The notes beneath the pieces were generated by a model. That model made no database searches. It had not been told where the DNA came from and saw nothing but the letters and a program-made list of their open reading frames with translations. From NCBI GenBank assembly GCA_965209015.1, contig OZ242367.1, forward strand, positions 673,649 through 737,648: DNA of 64,000 nucleotides, written 5' to 3'. This stretch comes from Rhodothermales bacterium (GTDB lineage: Bacteria; Bacteroidota; Rhodothermia; Rhodothermales; Bin80). The stretch's first letter is position 1. Every line of letters begins with the position of its first letter. Positions 1-7,888 of the stretch are shown here, one piece after another. A program made the position numbers and the translations under genes.

Positions 1-39
1 TTAGCTTTTGAATTTCCAAATTGGTGCCGCACAACAAGT
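1..39 (-). pseudogene. Truncated duplicate of the Fur-family regulator gene, abutting the left end of the IS array and continuing off the window edge
   Basis: nt 1-39 are base-for-base identical to nt 6031-6069 inside the fur-like CDS. Identity stops exactly where the IS terminal inverted repeat CCTGACTTCGACAGG begins at nt 40. Confidence 0.7.
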
Positions 40-878
40 CCTGACTTCGACAGGTAGGAGTTGGCGGAGGGTTAAATAGTCATTTTCGAGTAATTTTGGA
101 GCTTTTTTTGGGTATTTGGGGCCATTTCAGTCTTGATTCTCGAGTTTTCAATATATAGTGTTCCGTTTGTTTTAGGATTTGAATATTTGAACTGTGTACC
201 ATATCCTACCTGTATCATGTTCGTCCGCAAACTCAAACAAAAGATGACCCAAAACATTGCCGTCCAGATCGTGCGCAATGACCGCACAAAAGATGGCAAG
301 GTGTGGCAGAGGAGCGTGCGCCATATGGGCACGGCCGCCGAGGTAGAGGCATTAGATGCCCTCCTGCATATCGCAGAACAGAAACGATTGCAGAAGAGGT
401 GACACCTTCCTTGTTTCCGTTGTTTCAATGGACTGAGCGTTGCATGCGCGCACACATTGCCACTTGCTTTGCCGCCTTTGCGATGTTGCGTAGACTCTGG
501 AATACGCGGCATGGCCAGAGGGTGCCCATCAGTGAGGGGCAGATTTTGGCTCAGTTGCGTGAGGTTGAAGTGTCTGTGGTACGAGACAAGACGCTCCAGC
601 GTCATTTTGCGATCCCGTCGGCGGTCAACAGTACAAAAGTTCGCCTTTACAAAGCGATGGGGTTAACGATTCAGTGCCAGACCGTACCCTTGGAGAAAGC
701 CCTGTAACCCGACTCCCAAGTGATTGCTTAACGTCTGGTATTCAGACCGCAAAAAGCGGCAAAACCGACGGTGTTTGTAGTGTTCAAACTTGTCTGAACA
801 TTCTTTGCAAAAGATTTGTACCCCCTGAAAAATAAGACTTTCCTTGTTTTCATAGAATTGCAAACCGTTGAAGTCAGG
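40..878 (+). mobile_element. Non-autonomous IS1634-family (IS4 superfamily) derivative, copy 1, with an internally deleted transposase
   Basis: Terminal inverted repeats are CCTGACTTCGACAGG (40-54) and CCGTTGAAGTCAGG (865-878). The remnant ORF starts at 217 (MFVRKLKQK.TQNIAVQIVRNDRTKDGKVWQRSV..., typical of an IS1634-type N-terminus). It is fused to a transposase C-terminal region (ERCMRAHIATCFAAFAML...VRLYKAMGL, ending at 707). The DDE catalytic core between them is absent. Confidence 0.6.
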
Positions 879-907
879 AATAAAAAAATGATAGATTTTG
901 CGTAGAT
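879..907 (+). repeat. ~30-nt direct repeat at an IS/module junction (right of IS copy 1)
   Basis: AATAAAAAAATGATAGATTTTGCGTAGAT matches the repeats at 2357-2385, 3232-3261 and 4687-4715, apart from a few mismatches. Confidence 0.75.
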
Positions 908-998
908 CGGGGGATGCTTTTCGCATATATTCTACGTTTCGTCTCCATCTATGGGAGTCGTTTCGTCTATACCTTTAAGGGAGTTGATTGGAAGGGGA

Positions 999-2198
999 TC
1001 ACCTTCCAAACCCTGCGTCGCAGTCACGATCTATACGGCTTTTCTGCGGCTCGGGTGGGATCTTGATATTTTCTCGGGTATAGGTCTCCTTTAACCATGC
1101 GTGCATAGATGGAATGGGGACGACAAAACCCATTCCGCGTTCCTCCAGTATTCCCTTCTCTACAAAGCGTCGAAACAGATCTTTCGCCTCACTGTCCCCA
1201 TATTTATTTGCCAATGCAGACATTATTTCGATACGTGGAGCAGGCTGTTCTGACTGCTGATCTGGGATGGAGTTTGCTAAACACTGTATCTGATCAGCAA
1301 AAAAATCAACGACTCGTTGTTTGTAATATACTTTGCGAGCTTTGTGCCCAGCTTCCAATACAGAGTTTAATCCGTCCGGTGTCATAGCACCACCATTTGC
1401 TTTCAGATACTCCGAAGCAAGGTCTGCGTAGCATTGGATATGTTGGGGCCATCCATGCGTTTCCTTTGCGATTGCATCAAGCCATGCTGACGAATCCCCT
1501 TGTCCGCTCCCCTCCTTTTTGATCCAGTCCTGAATCACCAAACGCTCAGACTCTTTGCTTAACGCCCCCAACTCTACAACACAATTCCGTCCAAACCTCG
1601 AAATCCCCAGTTTGCCAAAGGACGCAATTGTTGTCCCCAATCCCGCTGCCAAAAGGATCGCCGGTTTCCTCAATTTGCCATTATGGATTCTTTCCAATAG
1701 ACTTATTACCTCAGGCTCTATTGGTTTACCAACAAAAACATCAATTCCTTGAGCTTCATCAAGAATCAGAACCACGCCAGAATCCAAAATTAAACTTTTC
1801 AGTACCTGAATCACGCTTGAGTCCCCCGAAACTTCTTTTGCGCGATCAAAGGAGATCACCTTCGCGTCTAGATTTGTGGTCGTTTGTTTCTGAGTAACAT
1901 AGGTCTCCCCAAAGGTCTGGGCCAGATGGGCAGGGTTGTATAAATCCTGCACATTAATGTAAACGACTTCCCACTGACGATCCAGGGCCTCTTTCTCCAT
2001 TTGATAGAGTAAAGCCGTCTTTCCCACACCAGGCGCACCTTGGATCAGAAAGGTGGTTCCCGTATTGGTGTCTTTTGATCGCTTTAATAACTCTGCAAAA
2101 TCTCTTCTGATAGCTTTTCGCCCGTGAAAATATGGAGAGGGTCCACGATCGCGTGCAGCAGTTAGATGGCCAGAGGTCGAAAGTTCTGATCGTGACAT
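999..2198 (-). CDS. P-loop ATPase (AAA_16/AAA_22/Orc1-Cdc6-like) with a C-terminal winged-helix-like region, paralog A
   Basis: 399-aa ORF with Walker A GAPGVGKT and Walker B VLILDEAQ. The N-terminal pattern F-HGRK...L before the P-loop is typical of AAA_16/STAND-like ATPases. The exact family is not resolved. Confidence 0.8.
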   Translation of the reverse strand: MSRSELSTSGHLTAARDRGPSPYFHGRKAIRRDFAELLKRSKDTNTGTTFLIQGAPGVGKTALLYQMEKEALDRQWEVVYINVQDLYNPAHLAQTFGETYVTQKQTTTNLDAKVISFDRAKEVSGDSSVIQVLKSLILDSGVVLILDEAQGIDVFVGKPIEPEVISLLERIHNGKLRKPAILLAAGLGTTIASFGKLGISRFGRNCVVELGALSKESERLVIQDWIKKEGSGQGDSSAWLDAIAKETHGWPQHIQCYADLASEYLKANGGAMTPDGLNSVLEAGHKARKVYYKQRVVDFFADQIQCLANSIPDQQSEQPAPRIEIMSALANKYGDSEAKDLFRRFVEKGILEERGMGFVVPIPSMHAWLKETYTRENIKIPPEPQKSRIDRDCDAGFGR

Positions 2199-2356
2199 GT
2201 TTTAGAATGGGGACTCTTAGTTAGACATATCCATAGATGGATTGGTTCCGGTATCTGTCTGGGAATGACCCTGCTTAGACTCCTTTAATTTTGTCTACGG
2301 CATACGCACTCAGATTATGATCGGAGGTCATAAACACGCACGGATTCGATGCCCAG

Positions 2357-2385
2357 AATGAAAAATTGATAGATTTTGAGTGGAT
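2357..2385 (+). repeat. ~30-nt direct repeat at a module/IS junction (left of IS copy 2)
   Basis: AATGAAAAATTGATAGATTTTGAGTGGAT lies immediately before the IS left inverted repeat at 2386. Confidence 0.75.
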
Positions 2386-3231
2386 CCTGACTTCGACAGG
2401 TAGGTACTGACTTGGAGGGCAAAATAGTCATTTTCGAGTGATTTTGGGGCTTTTTTTGGTATTTGGGGCCATTTCAGCCTTGATTCTCAAGTTTTCAATA
2501 TATAGTGTTCCGTTTGTTTTGAGATTTGAATATTTGAACTGTGTACCATATCCTACCTGTATCATGTTCGTCCGCAAACTCAAACAAAAGACGACCCAAA
2601 ACATTGCCGTCCAGATCGTGCGCAATGACCGCACAAAAGATGGCAAGGTGTGGCAGAGGAGCGTGCGCCATATGGCACGGCCGCCGAGGTAGAGGCATTG
2701 GATGCCCTCCTGCATATCGCAGAACAGAAACGATTGCAGATTGAAGAAGAGGTGACACCTTCCTTGTTTCCGTTGTTTCACTGGACTGAGCGTTGCATGC
2801 GCGCACACATTGCCACTTGCTTTGCCGCCTTTGCGATGTTGCGTGGACTCTAGAATACGCGGCATGGCCAGAGGGTGCCCATCAGTGAGGGGCAGATTTT
2901 GGCTCAGTTGCGTGAGGTTGAAGTGTCTGTGGTACGAGACAAGACGCTCCAGCATCATTTTGCGATCCCGTCGGCGGTCAACAGTACAAAAGTTCGCCTT
3001 TACAAAGCGATGGGGTTAACGATTCAGTGCCAGACCGTACCCTTGGAGAAAGCCCCGTTACCCGCCTCCCAAGTGATTGCTTAACGTCTGGTATTCAGAC
3101 CGCAAAAAGCGGCAAAACCGACGGTGTTTGTAGTGTTCAAACTTGTCTGAACACTCTTTGCAAAAGACTTGTATCCTCTGAAAAATAAGACTTTCCTTGT
3201 TTTCATAGAATTGCAAACCGTTGAAGTCAGG
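2386..3231 (+). mobile_element. Non-autonomous IS1634-family derivative, copy 2
   Basis: Same inverted repeats and same internal deletion as copy 1. The transposase remnant spans about 2564-3084 and is broken by a 1-nt frameshift relative to copy 1. It is near-identical to copy 3 (the track ORFs 2438..2692 and 4768..5022 encode identical peptides). Confidence 0.6.
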
Positions 3232-3261
3232 AATGAAAAAATTGATAGATTTTGCGTAGAT
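3232..3261 (+). repeat. ~30-nt direct repeat at an IS/module junction (right of IS copy 2)
   Basis: AATGAAAAAATTGATAGATTTTGCGTAGAT. Confidence 0.75.
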
Positions 3262-3328
3262 CGGGGGATGCTTTTCGCATATATTCTACGTTTCGTCTAT
3301 ACCTTTAAGGGAATTGATTAGAAGGGAA

Positions 3329-4528
3329 TCACCTTCCAAACCCTGCGTCGCGGTCACGATCTATACGGCTTTTCTGCGTCGCGGGTGGGATCTCGATATT
3401 TTCTCGGGTATAGGTCTCCTTTAACCATGCGTGCATGGATGGGATGGGGACAATATATCCCATAGTGATCTTTTCCAGAATCCCTTTTTCTTCAAACCTA
3501 TTAAAGAGTTCTTCTGCCCGATCGTCTCCAAACTTTTGAGCCATCAAAGAGACGATATCCTCATCATCCATGGGGATCCCCGGCTGCACATCTGCGATTG
3601 CTTTCGCAAGGCATTGGATCTCCGATGGCTTGAAATCGTTAACTCGTTGTTTATAATATACTTTGCGAGCTTTATGTCCAGCTTCCAATACAGAGTTTAA
3701 CCCGTCTGGTGTCATAGCACCACCATTTGCTTTCAGATACTCCGAAGCAAGATCTGCGTAGCATTGGATATGTTGGGGCCATCCATGCGTTTCCTTTGCG
3801 ATTGCATCAAGCCATGCTGACGAATCCCCTTGTCCGCTCCCCTCCTTTTTGATCCAGTCCTGAATCACTAAACGCTCGGACTCTTTGCTTAACGTCCCCA
3901 ACTCTACAACACAATTCCGTCCAAACCTCGAAATCCCCAGTTTGCCAAAGGACGCAATTGTTGTTCCCAATCCCGCTGCCAAAAGGATCGCCGGTTTCCT
4001 CAATTTGCCATTATGGATTATTTCCAATAGACTTATTACCTCAGGCTCTACTGGTTTACCAACAAAAACATCAATTCCTTGAGCTTCATCAAGAATCAGA
4101 ACCACGCCAGAATCTAAAACTAAACTTTTCAATACCTGAATCACGCTTGAGTCCCCCGAAACTTCTTTTGCGCGATCAAAGGAGATCACCTTCGCGTCTA
4201 GACTTGTGGTCGTTTGTTTCCGAGTAACATAGGCCTCCCCGAAGGTCTGGGCCAGATGGGCAGGGTTGTACAAGTCTTGCACGTTGATGTAAACGACCTC
4301 CCACTGATGATCCAGAGCCTCTTTCTCCATTTGATAGAGTAAGGCCGTCTTACCCGCACCAGGCGCACCTTGGATTAGAAAGGTGGTTCCTGTATTGGTG
4401 TCTTTTGATCGCTTTAATAACTCTGCAAAATCTCTTCTGATGGCTTTTCGCCCGTGAAAATACGGAGAAGGTCCACGATCGCGTGCAGCAGTTAGATGGC
4501 CAGAGGTCGAAAGTTCTGATCGTGACAT
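3329..4528 (-). CDS. P-loop ATPase with a C-terminal winged-helix-like region, paralog B
   Basis: 399-aa ORF with Walker A GAPGAGKT and Walker B VLILDEAQ. It differs from paralog A at 9 of the first ~295 residues. Residues ~296-360 are only ~48% identical (31 of 64 by hand alignment). Confidence 0.8.
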   Translation of the reverse strand: MSRSELSTSGHLTAARDRGPSPYFHGRKAIRRDFAELLKRSKDTNTGTTFLIQGAPGAGKTALLYQMEKEALDHQWEVVYINVQDLYNPAHLAQTFGEAYVTRKQTTTSLDAKVISFDRAKEVSGDSSVIQVLKSLVLDSGVVLILDEAQGIDVFVGKPVEPEVISLLEIIHNGKLRKPAILLAAGLGTTIASFGKLGISRFGRNCVVELGTLSKESERLVIQDWIKKEGSGQGDSSAWLDAIAKETHGWPQHIQCYADLASEYLKANGGAMTPDGLNSVLEAGHKARKVYYKQRVNDFKPSEIQCLAKAIADVQPGIPMDDEDIVSLMAQKFGDDRAEELFNRFEEKGILEKITMGYIVPIPSMHAWLKETYTRENIEIPPATQKSRIDRDRDAGFGR

Positions 4529-4686
4529 GTTTTAGGATGGCGACTTTTAGTTAGACATATCCATAGATGGATTGGTTCCGATATCTATCTGGGAATGACC
4601 CTGCTTAGACTCCTCTAATTTTGTCTACGGCATACGTACTCAGATTATGATCGGAGGTCATAAACACGCACAGATTCGATGCCCAG

Positions 4687-4715
4687 AATCAAAAATTGAT
4701 AGATTTTGAGTGGAT
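4687..4715 (+). repeat. ~30-nt direct repeat at a module/IS junction (left of IS copy 3)
   Basis: AATCAAAAATTGATAGATTTTGAGTGGAT lies immediately before the IS left inverted repeat at 4716. Confidence 0.75.
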
Positions 4716-5561
4716 CCTGACTTTGACAGGTAGGTGCTGACTTGGAGGGCAAAATAGTCATTTTCGAGTGATTTTGGGGCTTTTTTTGGTATTTGGGGCC
4801 ATTTCAGCCTTGATTCTCAAGTTTTCAATATATAGTGTTCCGTTTGTTTTGAGATTTGAATATTTGAACTGTGTACCATATCCTACCTGTATCATGTTCG
4901 TCCGCAAACTCAAACAAAAGACGACCCAAAACATTGCCGTCCAGATCGTGCGCAATGACCGCACAAAAGATGGCAAGGTGTGGCAGAGGAGCGTGCGCCA
5001 TATGGCACGGCCGCCGAGGTAGAGGCATTGGATGCCCTCCTGCATATCGCAGAACAGAAACGATTGCAGATTGAAGAAGAGGTGACACCTTCCTTGTTTC
5101 CGTTGTTTCACTGGACTGAGCGTTGCATGCGCGCACACATTGCCACTTGCTTTGCCGCCTTTGCGATGTTGCGTGGACTCTAGAATACGCGGCATGGCCA
5201 GAGGGTGCCCATCAGTGAGGGGCAGATTTTGGCTCAGTTGCGTGAGGTTGAAGTGTCTGTGGTACGAGACAAGACGTCCCAGCGTCATTTTGCGATCCCG
5301 TCGGCGGTCAACAGTATAAAAGTTCGCCTTTACAAAGCGATGGGGTTAACGATTCAGTGCCAGACCGTACCCTTGGAGAAAGCCCCGTTACCCGCCTCCC
5401 AAGTGATTGCTTAACGTCTGGTATTCAGACCGCAAAAAGCGGCAAAACCGACGGTGTTTGTAGTGTTCAAACTTGTCTGAACACTCTTTGCAAAAGACCT
5501 GTACCCCATGAAAAACAAGACTTTCCTTGTTTTCATAGAATTACAAACCGTCGAAGTCAGG
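4716..5561 (+). mobile_element. Non-autonomous IS1634-family derivative, copy 3 (right end of the array)
   Basis: Same structure as copy 2. The right inverted repeat CCGTCGAAGTCAGG ends at 5561. The sequence after it (AATACTTCCGTAGC...) is unique and lacks the 30-nt repeat. Confidence 0.6.
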
Positions 5562-5807
5562 AATACTTCCGTAGCATTCCAAAAATATACCGACTGATCT
5601 GGTAGACGGGCAACGTTAGAGGGTAGCATGAAGAGACCTCTGTAAGCCCAGGTCTTAATCATTGTGATTCCATTCCTCAAAATACCCTCCGGTTGAGGGA
5701 GTGGCGACTGAGGTATACTTCCCATGGGAGGACGTATCTGGAATATAGACAAGAGGACGGGGCTCATGGGACCTTATTCTCCCACAATCCATAGGCGAGG
5801 AGGCCCT

Positions 5808-6395
5808 TTATGTGGTGGCCTCGGTTTGTATACCTGTCGAACGGTTGGCACAGTCATCGCGGCGACAATGGCCATAAAGGTTTAGAGCGTGGCGTCTAAT
5901 CTCAAACGAATAGACATCCGCAACCATTTCTTGGATATTCTGAATGCGTGGATCACAAAATTCAAGCACCTGTTGGCAGTCCAGACAAATCAGATGGTCA
6001 TGCTGTCCAAAGAGGAAGGATGGTTCGTATTTAGCTTTTGAATTTCCAAATTGGTGCCGCACAACAAGTTCGCACTCCAAAAGTAAACTAAGCGTATTGT
6101 AGACCGTCGCGCGGCTGATTGAGTGATTCTGCTGACGCAAAAGAAGGTGCAAGGTATCGGCATCAATATGACCAACTACATCATACACAGCGTCAAGCAC
6201 GATAAATCGTTCTTTTGTTTCGCGAAGACCACGCTGCTTCAGGAATGCCTGGAAGCGATCCTGAACCTCTTTTCTTTGGGTAGGAGAAAGTTTGGCCAAT
6301 TTTCTATTGTCTGAATAAGGAAGCCAACACAGGGAACTCGTTCGTGTTCCAAAAAAAGACGATATGGCTACAAACGAGCTTCCTGATCCCTGCAA
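5808..6395 (-). CDS. fur: Fur-family transcriptional regulator (Fur/Zur/PerR type)
   Basis: The winged-helix region (ISRATVYNTLSLLLECELV) and the metal-site pattern HDHLICLDC...C...HCRRDDC are present. The annotated N-terminus may be over-extended. Confidence 0.85.
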   Translation of the reverse strand: MQGSGSSFVAISSFFGTRTSSLCWLPYSDNRKLAKLSPTQRKEVQDRFQAFLKQRGLRETKERFIVLDAVYDVVGHIDADTLHLLLRQQNHSISRATVYNTLSLLLECELVVRHQFGNSKAKYEPSFLFGQHDHLICLDCQQVLEFCDPRIQNIQEMVADVYSFEIRRHALNLYGHCRRDDCANRSTGIQTEATT

Positions 6396-6469
6396 GAAGT
6401 CCAGATTTTGAAGTTCCGAAGATATTGACGTAAATTCAGGAAATCTTAAGAGCCCATGTGGCCAGTTGA

Positions 6470-7888
6470 ATGAGTATATATGATTTTAGCTATGGGGAAG
6501 AAGATCAATTTGAACGGCGGGATATTGACGCACTGGTCCATGCTTTTGAATTTCGGAGTCCTGGGACGTACTTTGATGTGGAATCACTTGAAGAGATTGC
6601 ACTATATTACTATAAGTCCGGTCGTCTGGAGGAGTCGCTCAGTGTCGTAGATATCATCCTAGAACGTCAACCATTCAGTGCCTATATATGGCTCAGGCGT
6701 GGGATTCTACTGGCAAATTTGGGGCGTCATCAAGAAGCATGGCGTTCATATGAAAAATCGCTGAGCCTCAATCCTTCGGATTGCGAGACTCTCGTGAACC
6801 TCGGGATCACGCTTGACACGCTGGGGCATCATGATGAAGCACGCGAACACTTTCATCAGGCTATCCGCGTGGACCCACTCAGTGGGGATGCCTATTTCTA
6901 CATTGGATGTGTACTGATGCGGGAAGATAAGATGAATGAAGCGATTGAGGCGTTTCAGAGGTGTAGCGAACTAAACCCAAACCATTCGGATGTCTGGTTC
7001 GAGTTAGGGTATTGTTATGATCGGCTGGGTGACTACCAGTTGTGTCTGGAAGCATATGATTGCCAGATTGATCTGGAGCCATACTCATGCGAGGCATGGT
7101 TTAATAAGGCAGTCGTATTGGGCAGGATAGACCGGATTGAAGATGCACTACACTGCTATGATTTAACGTTGGATATAGATCCTGACTTCATTCCTGCCTA
7201 TTATAATCGCGGGAATATTCTATCAATCCTGGAGCGCTATGATGAGGCGATTGACTGTTATCGTGAGGTACTTATACGCGAAGGGGAGGGTGCTCCTACC
7301 TATTGTAACATGGCCCTTGTCCTGTTGGACAGGGGGGATCCCGAAGGGAGCCTCTCTTTTTATGAGAAGGCCGCCAAGCTAGATTCTGACATGCCCGAGG
7401 TATGGAGTGGATTGGGACAGGCCTATATGGCACTGGAACGATTTAGACTGGCCGCACGAGCACATAGACGAGCGACCGAACTCTCTCCAGATAATCCGAA
7501 CTATTGGTACAATAGGGGAGCAGCCGAAATGTGTGCAGGCTATACGCGGAAAGCCCTGGATACATTTAAGAAATTGACAGAGCTAGATCCAGATAACTAT
7601 AAGGTATGGATTGAGTATGCCTCTGCTCTCTCCGTGAATAAAGATTCCGAAGGAGCCTGCAAGGCCTATGAATACATACTCAAATTGAAACCAGATTGCG
7701 CATCAGCATGGTATCATTATTCTGCCGTTCTCTTTTTGCTTGGAAGGGTTGAAGATTGTGTAGATGCACTCTCAATGTCGTTCGCACTGGACCCAGAGAA
7801 CAAGGAATTATTCAGGAAACACTGTCCACCCGAAATTTATAATCACCCACTCTTTCGTAAGTGTGTAGAATTAAGTGAATCGCCTTGA
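6470..7888 (+). CDS. Tetratricopeptide-repeat (TPR) protein
   Basis: 472-aa ORF with many TPR-like units of the form W..lG..y..lg....A...y..al.l.P. Confidence 0.8.
   Translation: MSIYDFSYGEEDQFERRDIDALVHAFEFRSPGTYFDVESLEEIALYYYKSGRLEESLSVVDIILERQPFSAYIWLRRGILLANLGRHQEAWRSYEKSLSLNPSDCETLVNLGITLDTLGHHDEAREHFHQAIRVDPLSGDAYFYIGCVLMREDKMNEAIEAFQRCSELNPNHSDVWFELGYCYDRLGDYQLCLEAYDCQIDLEPYSCEAWFNKAVVLGRIDRIEDALHCYDLTLDIDPDFIPAYYNRGNILSILERYDEAIDCYREVLIREGEGAPTYCNMALVLLDRGDPEGSLSFYEKAAKLDSDMPEVWSGLGQAYMALERFRLAARAHRRATELSPDNPNYWYNRGAAEMCAGYTRKALDTFKKLTELDPDNYKVWIEYASALSVNKDSEGACKAYEYILKLKPDCASAWYHYSAVLFLLGRVEDCVDALSMSFALDPENKELFRKHCPPEIYNHPLFRKCVELSESP

Larger units (their letters stand above)
40..5561. 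repeat. Tandem array with 2,330-nt period: (IS derivative + ATPase module) x2 plus a terminal third IS derivative
   Basis: Homologous ORFs are offset by exactly 2,330 nt (999->3329, 2428->4758, 2438->4768). Direct reading confirms near-identical sequence blocks. Confidence 0.9.

Noticed and set aside
1121-3642. Diversity-generating retroelement (template/variable repeat) as the explanation for the variable ATPase cassette
   Set aside because: Substitutions between the two cassettes involve all four bases rather than adenine-specific changes. No reverse transcriptase gene is present in the window.
72-5288. Long minus-strand ORFs (72..605, 2428..2958, 4758..5288, 176-177 aa) and several 60-100-aa ORFs overlapping the IS derivatives
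   Set aside because: They run antisense to, or out of frame with, the recognisable transposase-derived reading frame. They have odd composition (Cys/His/Arg-rich) and no family resemblance. Their conservation across copies just reflects the DNA repeat.
5411-5767. 118-aa minus-strand ORF spanning the right IS boundary
   Set aside because: It crosses from unique sequence into the IS terminal repeat, and no family was recognised. It is most likely a chance ORF in the fur 3' intergenic region.
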